Source of the DNA: an uncultured Pelagibacteraceae bacterium
Lineage (GTDB): Bacteria > Pseudomonadota > Alphaproteobacteria > Pelagibacterales > Pelagibacteraceae
Assembly: GCA_902582875.1 (NCBI GenBank)
Contig: CACHTV010000002.1
Span: forward strand, 12,024 to 76,023
Direction: 5' to 3'
DNA length: 64,000 nucleotides
This document shows positions 50,532-60,114 of the stretch, piece by piece. Position 1 is the stretch's first letter; each line of letters opens with the position of its first letter. The position numbers and the translations under genes are program-made. The notes beneath the pieces are model-generated. The model had not been told where the DNA came from. It ran no database searches and worked only from the letters and a program-made list of their open reading frames with translations.

Positions 50532-51025
50532 AAAAATTAATACTTATTTTTATAATTATTCCCAATATTCTTTTTGCCGGATCAATGAAAGTGATAGGGG
50601 TTAAAGGAAATAAAGCAAATGTTGATAGAGTTATTACTATTTTAATGTATGATAATTACTATGAACCAAATTTAATCAAGGTAAAAAAGAACGAAACAAT
50701 AAAATTTTTAGTGCAAAATAAAGGAGAATTAGTTCATGAATTTAATATTGCCACTAAAGAGATGCATATAAAACATCAACCCGAAATGATGAAGATGGCT
50801 GAAAATGAAATACTTTTAGTTGATAAAATCGACAAACAAAAAATGAAAGAGATGTCTAAAAAAAATCCATCAATGGCGCATTCTCATAATAATAGTGTTT
50901 TGCTATCACCTGGAGAAAGTGGTGAGTTAATTTGGAAATTTAGTAACTCTGTAGATATAGAAGCTGCGTGTAATGTTCCAGGCCACTATGAAGCAGGTAT
51001 GATAGCTAATATTAATAATATATAA
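50528..51025 (+). CDS. Periplasmic cupredoxin (CopI-like copper-binding protein)
   Basis: Signal peptide, VHEF, His/Met-rich loop, type-1 Cu motif CNVPGHYEAGM. Confidence 0.85.
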   Translation: MKKLILIFIIIPNILFAGSMKVIGVKGNKANVDRVITILMYDNYYEPNLIKVKKNETIKFLVQNKGELVHEFNIATKEMHIKHQPEMMKMAENEILLVDKIDKQKMKEMSKKNPSMAHSHNNSVLLSPGESGELIWKFSNSVDIEAACNVPGHYEAGMIANINNI

Positions 51026-51027
51026 AT

Positions 51028-52926
51028 TTAACTTTTTAAAATATTGTTATCTTTAAGATCTTTTTTTATTTCATCTAAAATTGCAGGATCATCAATAGTA
51101 GCAGGCATTTTATAAGGTTCATTATCAGCAATTTTTCTTACAGTTCCTCTTAATATTTTACCAGATCTAGTTTTAGGTAATCTTTTTACAATAATTGCAA
51201 TTTTAAAAGCAGCAACTGGACCAACTTTATCTCTTACCATTTTCACGCATTCAGAAATTATTTCTTTTTTATCCTTAGTTACACCAGCTTTTAAAGCTAA
51301 TAATCCTATTGGTATTTGACCTTTTAGTTTATCGGCAATTCCAAGGACTGCACATTCGGCAACATCCTTATGTTCAGCTAAAACTTCTTCTATTGCTCCA
51401 GTTGAAAGTCTGTGACCAGCTACGTTAATAATATCATCCGTTCTTGACATGATCCAAACATATCCATCTTCATCAATGTGACCTGCATCGTATGTTAGAT
51501 AGTAACCCGGGTAAGTTGACATATAATTTTCTTTATACCTTTTATCTGCACCCCAAAGTGTAGGAAAAGTACCTGGAGGCAAAGGAAGTTTTACAACTAT
51601 ATCACCCATTTTTCCTGGACCTACTTCTTTGCCTTCTGAGTTTAGAACTTTTAAATCATAACCCGGCACAGGTTTAAAGGCTGAACCGTATTTAACTGGG
51701 AAGGATTCTATACCAGTACAATCTGATGTAATTGCCCAACTTGTTTCAGTTTGCCACCAATGATCTATTACAGGCGAGTTTGAGAGTTTTTCAAACCATT
51801 TAATAGTATCTGGATCAGCTCTTTCACCAGCTAGAAATAACTTTTCAAATTTGCTTAGATCATATTTTTTGAAAAATTCTCCATTAGGATCTTCTTTTTT
51901 AATTGCTCTTATAGCAGTAGGAGCAGTGAAGAGAGACTTAACATTATGTTCTGAAATAACTCTCCAAAAAACTCCTGCATCTGGTGTTCCTACAGGTTTT
52001 CCCTCAAATAAAATTGTTGTACATCCATAAAATAGTGGAGCATAAACGATATAAGAATGACCTACAATCCATCCAATATCACTTGCTGACCACCAAACAT
52101 CATCTTGATTGATGTTATAAATATTTTTCATGGTCCATTTAAGTGCAACAATGTGTCCTCCAATGTCTCTTACTATCCCTTTAGGTAGTCCAGTAGTACC
52201 CGATGTATAAAGTATGTATGCATAATCATTAGCATTCATTTTTTCACACTCAGCTGGTTGACTGTCTTTGAGCGCTTCGTCCCATGTAATATCCATAGAC
52301 GGATTTAGTTCTGCTTTGTCTTTTTCTCTCTGAAAAATTATGCATTTATCTGGTCTATGATTAGCAAGTTCTAATGCCTTGTTTACTAAAGGTTTATAAT
52401 GAACTGTTCTACCAGGTTCGTAGCCACAAGATGCTGAAACAATTAATTTTGCTTTAGAGTCATCAATTCTGCTAGCGAGTTCATTAGCTGCAAAACCGCC
52501 AAATACTACAGAATGCACTGCTCCTATTCGTCCACAAGCTAACATTGCAATAGCAGCTTCAGGAATCATTGGCATATAGATAATTACTCTATCTCCTTTA
52601 TTAATACCTTGTTTTTTTAAAGCTCCAGCAAATAAAGCTACTTTGTCTCTTAATTCTTTATAAGAAATTTTCTTTTTTGTTCCAGTGATAGGACTATCGT
52701 AAATTATTGCTAATTTTTCTCCTCTACCTTGGTCAATGTGATGATCTAAAGCATTATAACAAGTATTGGTTATCCCATCCTCGAACCATTTATAAAAAGG
52801 GGGGTTACTAGAATTTAATATTTTAGTAGGTTTTTTATACCAAAATATGTTCTCAGAGATATTTTGCCAAAATTCCTCTCTGTTATTTATAGAATTATCG
52901 TAAATTTCTTGATATTTTCGACTCAA
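51028..52926 (-). CDS. prpE: Propionyl-CoA/acyl-CoA synthetase (TTG start)
   Basis: NTCYNALD, YTSGTTGLPKG, SDIGWIVGHSY, DHWWQTE, LPKTRSGK. Confidence 0.88.
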   Translation of the reverse strand: MSRKYQEIYDNSINNREEFWQNISENIFWYKKPTKILNSSNPPFYKWFEDGITNTCYNALDHHIDQGRGEKLAIIYDSPITGTKKKISYKELRDKVALFAGALKKQGINKGDRVIIYMPMIPEAAIAMLACGRIGAVHSVVFGGFAANELASRIDDSKAKLIVSASCGYEPGRTVHYKPLVNKALELANHRPDKCIIFQREKDKAELNPSMDITWDEALKDSQPAECEKMNANDYAYILYTSGTTGLPKGIVRDIGGHIVALKWTMKNIYNINQDDVWWSASDIGWIVGHSYIVYAPLFYGCTTILFEGKPVGTPDAGVFWRVISEHNVKSLFTAPTAIRAIKKEDPNGEFFKKYDLSKFEKLFLAGERADPDTIKWFEKLSNSPVIDHWWQTETSWAITSDCTGIESFPVKYGSAFKPVPGYDLKVLNSEGKEVGPGKMGDIVVKLPLPPGTFPTLWGADKRYKENYMSTYPGYYLTYDAGHIDEDGYVWIMSRTDDIINVAGHRLSTGAIEEVLAEHKDVAECAVLGIADKLKGQIPIGLLALKAGVTKDKKEIISECVKMVRDKVGPVAAFKIAIIVKRLPKTRSGKILRGTVRKIADNEPYKMPATIDDPAILDEIKKDLKDNNILKS

Positions 52927-53065
52927 ATCACTCTCCCAAAAAAGTTAATTTATTTACGAGTATTTCATAAATATCCCCAAAAAAAAACAGAAAATCCAAT
53001 AAATAAAGGGTTTTTTAAGCAAAAAAACGCTTCACTGTAACTTCAATATTTATTAAGGTTCGTCC

Positions 53066-53121
53066 AACTAATTCAAAAAACGAAGAGTTAATCGTTTATT
53101 GAATAGTTTAATATTAAACTA
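53066..53121 (+). promoter_or_regulatory. Overlapping hairpin and 18-bp perfect palindrome upstream of proteorhodopsin
   Basis: AACTAATTCAAAAAACGA / TCGTTTATTGAATAGTT stem (53066-53108) overlaps TAGTTTAATATTAAACTA (53104-53121). Confidence 0.5.
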
Positions 53122-53152
53122 AATAGAAAACTAACTAACGAGGGAGGTTTTC

Positions 53153-53923
53153 ATGAGAAAATTAAGTCTAATTGCTTTAGCGGCAGTTGCCTTTTTAGGT
53201 ATTACTGGCTCAGCTAATGCAGCGACTGCCATGTTACAGACAAATGATTTCGTAGGAATATCATTTTGGCTTGTATCTATGGGAATGATCGCTACTACAG
53301 TATTCTTCTTTGCTGAAAGAAATACAGTAGCAGCATCGTGGAGAACTTCAATTTCAGTAGCTGGACTAGTTACTGGTGTTGCGTTCATCCATTACATGTA
53401 CATGAGAGAAGTTTGGGTGACTACAGGTGATACTCCAACAGTATACAGATATATTGACTGGTTAATCACTGTTCCACTTCAAATGGTAGAATTCTATCTA
53501 ATCTTGGCAGCTGTAAGAAAGGTGCCAACTTCTATATTCTGGAAACTATTAATTGGTTCATTAGTAATGTTAGTCGGCGGATACTTAGGTGAAGCTGGTT
53601 TCATTCAACCGTTTGTAGGTTTTGTAATAGGAATGGCTGGATGGATCTACATCTTGTTTGAAATATTCTCAGGTGAAGCAGGAACAATGGCTTCTAAAAC
53701 TGGAAACAGAGCAATGACAACTGCTTTCGGTGCTATGAGAGTAATCGTAACTATTGGTTGGGCGATATATCCTTTAGGATATGTATTCGGTTATCTAACT
53801 GGTGGTGTAGATGCTAATGCATTGAACATTATTTACAACTTAGCTGACTTTATTAACAAGATCGCATTCGGTCTAGTTATCTGGGCAGCAGCAATGCAAA
53901 ACACAAGATTATCTTCTAGATAA
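53153..53923 (+). CDS. Proteorhodopsin, predicted blue-absorbing
   Basis: Signal peptide, FIHY (His75), RYIDWLITVPLQMVEF (DTE pump motif, Gln at tuning site 105), DFINKIAFG retinal Lys; GGAGGT SD. Confidence 0.98.
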   Translation: MRKLSLIALAAVAFLGITGSANAATAMLQTNDFVGISFWLVSMGMIATTVFFFAERNTVAASWRTSISVAGLVTGVAFIHYMYMREVWVTTGDTPTVYRYIDWLITVPLQMVEFYLILAAVRKVPTSIFWKLLIGSLVMLVGGYLGEAGFIQPFVGFVIGMAGWIYILFEIFSGEAGTMASKTGNRAMTTAFGAMRVIVTIGWAIYPLGYVFGYLTGGVDANALNIIYNLADFINKIAFGLVIWAAAMQNTRLSSR

Positions 53924-53939
53924 TAGATTATAAACTTTT

Positions 53940-53979
53940 AAAAGGGCGAGTATGTTTTACATACTTGCCCTTTTTTTTT
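53940..53979 (+). terminator. Rho-independent terminator after proteorhodopsin
   Basis: AAAAGGGCGAGTATG-TTTTA-CATACTTGCCC followed by T9. Confidence 0.92.
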
Positions 53980-54006
53980 AGATACTTATATTGACTATTA
54001 AACTTT

Positions 54007-54327
54007 ATGACTAAAATCACATATAAAGATATTGAGGGAAATTCTAAAACTTTAGAAGTAGAAAATGGCCTTACAGTGATGGAAGGGGCTATACAAAACA
54101 ATGTTCCTGGTATTGATGCTGATTGTGGAGGGTCGATGGCTTGTGCGACTTGCCATGTTTATGTCGAAGAAAAATGGTTAGATAAGCTACCTAAAGCAGA
54201 AGAAGCAGAAGTAGATATGATAGATATGGCTTTCGAACCAAAAAAAAATAGCAGACTTAGTTGCCAAATAATAGTTACAGATGAACTTGATGGTTTAGTT
54301 GTCACAACTCCAAAAAAACAATCTTGA
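54007..54327 (+). CDS. 2Fe-2S ferredoxin (adrenodoxin type)
   Basis: [14 protein letters not shown]...SRLSCQ. Confidence 0.95.
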   Translation: MTKITYKDIEGNSKTLEVENGLTVMEGAIQNNVPGIDADCGGSMACATCHVYVEEKWLDKLPKAEEAEVDMIDMAFEPKKNSRLSCQIIVTDELDGLVVTTPKKQS

Positions 54328-55340
54328 TGATTAAAAAAGACGTAATAATTATAGGAGCAGGTCCCGTTGGATTATTTGCAGTTCATCAATTAGGTATCAA
54401 AGGACTTACATCTGTAGTTATAGATAATTTAGATAAAGCTGGAGGACAATGTATCGAATTATATCCTGATAAACCTATTTATGATATTCCTGCAATTCCA
54501 GAGTGTACTGGTAAAGAGTTAACTGATAAGCTGTTGGAACAAATTAAGCCTTTCAAAACTAAATTTTATTTTAACGAGAGAGTTGAAGAAGTTAGAAAAG
54601 ATAAAGATAATTGGTTGATAAAAACGAATAACCAAAATGAATTTCAGGCTCCAAACATTATAATAGCTGGAGGAGTTGGATCCTTTGAGCCAAGAAAACT
54701 TTCACTAAAGGAAGCAGAAAACTTTGAGGGTAAATCAGTTTTTTATGCTGTAAAAAATAAGGATCAATTTAAAAACAAGAATATATCTATTTTTGGAGGA
54801 GGTGACTCTGCTTTAGACTGGGCATTAGAATTATCAAAATTTTCTAAGATAACTCTAGTACATAGAAGAAATGAATTCAGAGGTGCTCCTCATACTTTAA
54901 GTGAAATTAAAAAATTGGAAGATCAAGGAAAATTATCAATCAAGACTCCTTGCCAATTAGAAAGCATCGAAGGAGATAATAATATTACATCAATAACTTT
55001 AAAATATGATGATGGAAAAAAAGAAAAAGTTCAAACTAATATCATTTTAAGTTTTTTTGGTTTAATTATGAAACTTGGGCCTATAGCTGAATGGGGATTA
55101 AACATGGAAAAAAAAACAATTTCTGTTAATTCTGAAAATTTTGAGACAAGTGAAAAGGGAATATTTGCAGTAGGAGATATATGTACTTATCCCGGCAAGC
55201 TTAAACTTATATTATCTGGTTTTCATGAAGTTGCATTAGCAACTGTAGAATGTTTTAAAAGAGCAAGACCAAATGAAAAATATAGATTTGAATTCACTAC
55301 TTCTTCTAAAACTATTCAAGATCGTCTAGGAAAAAAATGA
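54327..55340 (+). CDS. Ferredoxin--NADP reductase (thioredoxin-reductase-like)
   Basis: GAGPVG, GGQCIELYPDKPIYDIP, GGGDSALDW, HRR, YPGKLKLILSGF. Confidence 0.92.
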   Translation: MIKKDVIIIGAGPVGLFAVHQLGIKGLTSVVIDNLDKAGGQCIELYPDKPIYDIPAIPECTGKELTDKLLEQIKPFKTKFYFNERVEEVRKDKDNWLIKTNNQNEFQAPNIIIAGGVGSFEPRKLSLKEAENFEGKSVFYAVKNKDQFKNKNISIFGGGDSALDWALELSKFSKITLVHRRNEFRGAPHTLSEIKKLEDQGKLSIKTPCQLESIEGDNNITSITLKYDDGKKEKVQTNIILSFFGLIMKLGPIAEWGLNMEKKTISVNSENFETSEKGIFAVGDICTYPGKLKLILSGFHEVALATVECFKRARPNEKYRFEFTTSSKTIQDRLGKK

Positions 55341-55963
55341 TTGAACTTTTAACCGCTGATACTCCTAACGGTAAAAAAATTTCAATAATGTTAGAAGAAA
55401 TAGAGTTTGATTATAAAATAAAAAAAATTAATATTTATAAAGATGAACAGTTTAAGCCAGAATTTAAAAAGATAAGTCCCTTTAGCAAAATACCCGTCAT
55501 AATTGATCATGATAATAACAAAAGTCTTTTTGAGTCAGGCGCAATATTGATCTATTTAGGAGAAAAAAGTGGAAAGTTTTATGATAAAGAACAAAGAACA
55601 ATTATTAATCAATGGTTAATGGGGCAAATGGCTTATGTGGGACCAATGTTGGGTCAACATCATCAGTTTCATCATTATAATCCTGGTAAAAGTGAATTTG
55701 GAGAAAAAAGATATTTTAAAATTGCTGAGCAGATTTATAAAGATTTAGACGAAAGACTTTCAGTATCGAAATTTCTTGCTGGAAAAAATTACACTATCGC
55801 TGATATTGCTACATTTCCTTGGGTAGCAAGACATGAATGGCATGATATCGGTTTAAAAAAATTTATTAATTTAACTAGATGGTACGAAGAAATTTCTGAA
55901 AGAAAAGCAGTGCAAAAAGGTTATGATTTCTTAAAAAAAGGAGAAATTATCCCAAAAGCCTAG
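55337..55963 (+). CDS. Glutathione S-transferase (YfcG-like)
   Basis: TPNG, SKIPVIID, FESGAIL, TIADIATFPW. Confidence 0.92.
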   Translation: MIELLTADTPNGKKISIMLEEIEFDYKIKKINIYKDEQFKPEFKKISPFSKIPVIIDHDNNKSLFESGAILIYLGEKSGKFYDKEQRTIINQWLMGQMAYVGPMLGQHHQFHHYNPGKSEFGEKRYFKIAEQIYKDLDERLSVSKFLAGKNYTIADIATFPWVARHEWHDIGLKKFINLTRWYEEISERKAVQKGYDFLKKGEIIPKA

Positions 55964-56385
55964 TCTTCAATAAAAATTTTTTCATCTCTTTCATGTTTTT
56001 CTTGAGCTTCTATCGAAAGAGTAGCCACTGGTCTAGCCATTAATCTTTTTAAACCAATAGGTTCTCCGGTTTCTTCACAATAACCATAAGTACCATCTTT
56101 TAATCTTTGTAATGCAGCGTTAATTTTAGAAATTAGTTTTCTGCTTCGGTTAAGAGCTTTCATTTCAACAGATTTATCCGTGTAAGATGACGCTTGATCT
56201 ACTATATCTGCTGATGAAACATTGTCATCAGATGAATTTAATATATTGCCCAGATTATTTGCTTTAATTATATCTTTTTTCCACTTAACTAATTCTTCAG
56301 TGAAAAATTTCATATGCTTAGCGCACATATATTTTTCTTTAGTACTGGGAGTATATTTTTTTCTAGTAGTTTTTTTTTTAAGCAT
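55960..56385 (-). CDS. dksA: RNA polymerase-binding protein DksA
   Basis: DIVDQA coiled-coil tip; YGYCEETGEPIGLKRLMARPVATLSIEAQEKHE. Confidence 0.93.
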   Translation of the reverse strand: MLKKKTTRKKYTPSTKEKYMCAKHMKFFTEELVKWKKDIIKANNLGNILNSSDDNVSSADIVDQASSYTDKSVEMKALNRSRKLISKINAALQRLKDGTYGYCEETGEPIGLKRLMARPVATLSIEAQEKHERDEKIFIED

Positions 56386-56457
56386 TTTTGAATTCGAGGG
56401 AGTATATGGCTCAATTTAATCGTGTCAATACCCTATAAATTGTATTAATTTGAGAAA

Positions 56458-57831
56458 ATGATTAATAAAAAAAATATACCTAATATTTTTGCATTATTCT
56501 TGCTGCTTCATTTAATAATTTGGACGTTGATACCAACTTTTTCAAATGTGAATTTACCTTTAGATACTATAGAGGCTTTGGCATGGGGAAGTGATTTAGA
56601 CTGGGGTTTTGAAAAACATCCTCCTCTTAGTGCTTTTGCAGTAGAATTCTTTTATCAAATTTTTGGCAATCAAGATTGGGCTTATTATTTATTAAGCCAA
56701 ATTTTTGTTATTACTGCTTTTTTCGGTGTTTATAAATTTTCAGAGGAAATTTTTAAGAATAAATATTATGCTCTTCTCTCTGTGCTTTTGATAGAGGGGA
56801 TTTATTTTTATAATTTTACAACACCAGAATTTAATGTAAATGTGTGTCAATTACCTCTTTGGTCTTTCAGTATATATTTTGCCTGGAGGTGTTTTAAATA
56901 TGATAAAACTAAAGACTATATATATTTAGGCATTTTAATGGGACTAGGTATTTTGTCGAAATATCTTTTTTTATATTTAATAATAGGAATAAAACTTTTT
57001 TTTATCTTTTTAATTAAAAGAGGAAAAAAAATAAAACTCAGAAACTATTTTATTGCTGGTCCTATAGCTATTCTTATTTTATTGCCTCATATAAAGTGGC
57101 TTAGTGATAATAATTTTAAAACTATTAGTTATGGCATGCATCGCACAGGTGGAACAGGAGAATTTTTTGACCATTTAATTTACCCTTTAATATTTTTAGG
57201 TAAACAGATTGGTATATTAATACCCTTTTTTTTAATGATTTTTTTTCTAATTAAAAAATTAAGATTTAAATTAAATTTTAAAGATAAAAATTTAATGTTT
57301 TTAATTTTTTCTACAATTATTCCTATACTAGGGATATTTTTAACGTCTATGATTGTAGGAATAAAAATCAGAACTATGTGGATGACTCCGTTTTATTTGT
57401 ATCTAGGTGTTTTAATGATTTATGTTTTTCATAAAAATATAACATTAAATAATTTAAAAAAATTTTTCTTTTTATTTATGTTCTTATTTTTGTTATCTCC
57501 AATAATGTATCTTAGTATTTCTTTAACAAATGATAAAAAAAGAACTGACTATCCTGGAAAAGAAATAGCACGTTTAGTTCAAGATAAGTGGGATAAAAAC
57601 TTTGTAAATGAAATCAAAATAGTTATAGGCGATGAGTGGTATGCTGGAAACCTGTCCTATCATTTAACCTCAAGACCAGTATGGATGAATGAACTAAAAA
57701 ATAAAACTTCTGAGATTAATAGCTCAGAAGGAGTGATTTATACTGGAAATCCTAAAATTTTAAAAAAAATTTGTCCAGGAGTTTACGGCACTATTAAACC
57801 AGTCGGATATTGTATGATAGGCCAAAAATGA
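56458..57831 (+). CDS. Membrane GT-C glycosyltransferase (GT39/ArnT-like)
   Basis: Multi-TM; DTIEALAWG, KHPPL, LSKY, PHIKW. Confidence 0.8.
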   Translation: MINKKNIPNIFALFLLLHLIIWTLIPTFSNVNLPLDTIEALAWGSDLDWGFEKHPPLSAFAVEFFYQIFGNQDWAYYLLSQIFVITAFFGVYKFSEEIFKNKYYALLSVLLIEGIYFYNFTTPEFNVNVCQLPLWSFSIYFAWRCFKYDKTKDYIYLGILMGLGILSKYLFLYLIIGIKLFFIFLIKRGKKIKLRNYFIAGPIAILILLPHIKWLSDNNFKTISYGMHRTGGTGEFFDHLIYPLIFLGKQIGILIPFFLMIFFLIKKLRFKLNFKDKNLMFLIFSTIIPILGIFLTSMIVGIKIRTMWMTPFYLYLGVLMIYVFHKNITLNNLKKFFFLFMFLFLLSPIMYLSISLTNDKKRTDYPGKEIARLVQDKWDKNFVNEIKIVIGDEWYAGNLSYHLTSRPVWMNELKNKTSEINSSEGVIYTGNPKILKKICPGVYGTIKPVGYCMIGQK

Positions 57832-58700
57832 AAAAAATTATCTTTTTGTTACCTGTTTATAATGACTGGGAGTCTCTTTTTAAAGTTTTAAATGAAATAA
57901 ATTCTGTCATAAAAGATATTCAGGAATACCAATTTAACTGTATCATTGTTAATGATAGCTCTACAATTGAAAAACCCAAAATTACTAAGCCAAAAAATTT
58001 TAATTCATTAAAAATTATTGATATGAAAGAAAACAGAGGACATGCAAGATGTAATGCTTTTGGATTAAGATATATTAATTCTGTAGAATCTTATGATTAT
58101 GTGATTGTTATGGATAGTGATGGAGAGGATAGACCATTTGAAATAAAAAGTTTAATTAATAAGATTAATGAAGAACCCAATGTTTCAGTTGTGGCAAAGA
58201 GAGTAAAAAGATCGGAAGGCGCAATTTTCCAGAACTTATATAGAGTTCATAAATTAGTTACTTATATTTTTACAGGAAAAAAAATTAATTTTGGAAACTA
58301 TACCTGTTTAACAAAAAAAGATATCGATATACTTTCTGATAAACCAAGTTTATGGAGCAGTTTTTCAGGATCAGTTAAAAAGTATTTAGCTAAACTAAAT
58401 GAAGTAGACTCTATTAGAGGTCTAAGATATTTTGGACCATCAAAAATGTCTCTTTTTAATCTTGCGATACACTCTTTTTCTATAATTGCTGTTTTTAAAT
58501 ATACAGTTTTTTTAAGATCAACTTTTATGATCATATTATTATCTTTTTTAACTAAGACATTTGGTTTGATTGCAATCACCTTTCAGGTTTTGATAATATC
58601 CTTTAATTTATTAATCTTTATTGTATCAATGAGAGAAAATGAGACAGCTTTTATGAAAAGTAATGAAAATATATTAAATGAATATGAGATTACAAGCTAA
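57828..58700 (+). CDS. Glycosyltransferase family 2 (polyprenol-phosphate type)
   Basis: LPVYND, VNDSS, NRGH, MDSDGED, RYFGPSKM, C-terminal TMs; start placed at ATG 57828. Confidence 0.85.
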   Translation: MKKIIFLLPVYNDWESLFKVLNEINSVIKDIQEYQFNCIIVNDSSTIEKPKITKPKNFNSLKIIDMKENRGHARCNAFGLRYINSVESYDYVIVMDSDGEDRPFEIKSLINKINEEPNVSVVAKRVKRSEGAIFQNLYRVHKLVTYIFTGKKINFGNYTCLTKKDIDILSDKPSLWSSFSGSVKKYLAKLNEVDSIRGLRYFGPSKMSLFNLAIHSFSIIAVFKYTVFLRSTFMIILLSFLTKTFGLIAITFQVLIISFNLLIFIVSMRENETAFMKSNENILNEYEITS

Positions 58701-58825
58701 TAGGTTGCATTTAGAGTCCCTAAAGGAATCAAAGGGGAATCAAAAGGTGAACATTTGTTTTCAATATTTTTTCATTGTGGATAGATCTAAAATTTAAGAT
58801 ATCTATTAATATTAAAGGAGAATTT

Positions 58826-59188
58826 ATGAAAAAACTAACTTGTCATTGTGGAGAAGTAGAAGCAGAAATAAATATTTCTGATCAATTAGAAAAGACTCTT
58901 AGGTGCAATTGCTCAATTTGTAAAAGAAAAGGTGCGATTATGTCTATTGTAAAAAATGAAGATTTTAAGATTATTAAAGGACAGGATAAATTAAAGCTTT
59001 ATCAATTTCATTCAAAAGTAGCTAAACATTATTTTTGTTCCAATTGTGGAATTTATACCCACCATCATCCAAGAATTAATCCTGCACTAACAGGTTTTAA
59101 TCTAGGATGTCTTGAGGATATAGATACTTTTAAATTAAATGATGTAAGTTTAGCTGATGGTCAAAATCATCCATTAGATAAAAAATAA
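58826..59188 (+). CDS. GFA/CENP-V family zinc protein
   Basis: CHCG, CNCSIC, FCSNCG; AAGGAG SD before ATG 58826. Confidence 0.9.
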   Translation: MKKLTCHCGEVEAEINISDQLEKTLRCNCSICKRKGAIMSIVKNEDFKIIKGQDKLKLYQFHSKVAKHYFCSNCGIYTHHHPRINPALTGFNLGCLEDIDTFKLNDVSLADGQNHPLDKK

Positions 59189-59193
59189 AAACG

Positions 59194-60114
59194 ATGAACT
59201 TAAATAAAACTGATTATTCAAGTATAAAAAAAGTGTATCTAGAATTTTTAAAAAAGAAAGAAGTGGCTGGCAAACCTATAGTAGATAAAATTGGGAAATT
59301 AAATACATTTTATTTACCGCTTTCTCAATGGATTTACTCTATTTACAAAAAAGATAATAAAACAAAAATTATTGGACTATCTGGAGGGCAAGGGGCTGGA
59401 AAAAGCACTATCACTGGAATTTTAAAATTTATTTTAAAAAAAAAATACGGTCTAGAACTTTGTGTATTTTCAATAGATGATTTTTATAAAACCAAAGCTG
59501 AAAGAAAAAAAATGGCTAAACATGTTCATCCATTATTTCTTACAAGGGGAGTTCCAGGAACACATGATGTTAGCTTAATTAGCAAAACATTTAAAAGTCT
59601 TAAAAAAAAATTGTTTAAACCTGTTATCATTCCACAATTTGATAAATCCATAGACGATAGGTCTAAAAAATCAAAATGGATTAAGTTTACTAAACCACCG
59701 AGCATTATTATTTTTGAAGGCTGGTGTGTAGGAGCAACCCATCAAAAAGATAGTTCTCTTAGAAAACCTTTAAACATAATTGAAAAAAAATATGACAAAA
59801 ATCTTAAATGGAGAAGAAAAGTCAACGATCAACTAAAAAAACATTATAAAAAACTTTTTAATAAAATTGATAAACTTGTTTATTTGAAAGCCCCTAGTTT
59901 TAATCATATATTTCAATGGCGCTTACTTCAGGAACAAAAATTAAAATTGACATCAAAAAGTAAAAAGACTATGTCAAAAACTAAAGTGAGAGAATTTATA
60001 ATGTTTTATGAAAGAATAACGAAACATATGATGAAAGATTTTTCTAAATTATCTGATTTAACGATTTTTTTAGATAAAAATCATAGATCAAAAAAAATGA
60101 ATTTTTATAAATAA
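59194..60114 (+). CDS. P-loop kinase, D-glycerate 3-kinase (GLYK)-like
   Basis: GGQGAGKST, SIDDFY, RGVPGTHD, PQFDKS, FEGWCVG, WRLLQE. Confidence 0.8.
   Translation: MNLNKTDYSSIKKVYLEFLKKKEVAGKPIVDKIGKLNTFYLPLSQWIYSIYKKDNKTKIIGLSGGQGAGKSTITGILKFILKKKYGLELCVFSIDDFYKTKAERKKMAKHVHPLFLTRGVPGTHDVSLISKTFKSLKKKLFKPVIIPQFDKSIDDRSKKSKWIKFTKPPSIIIFEGWCVGATHQKDSSLRKPLNIIEKKYDKNLKWRRKVNDQLKKHYKKLFNKIDKLVYLKAPSFNHIFQWRLLQEQKLKLTSKSKKTMSKTKVREFIMFYERITKHMMKDFSKLSDLTIFLDKNHRSKKMNFYK

Noticed and set aside
58776-58784. TGTGGATAG as a DnaA box or origin signal
   Set aside because: Single 8/9 match, with no box cluster or origin-associated genes nearby
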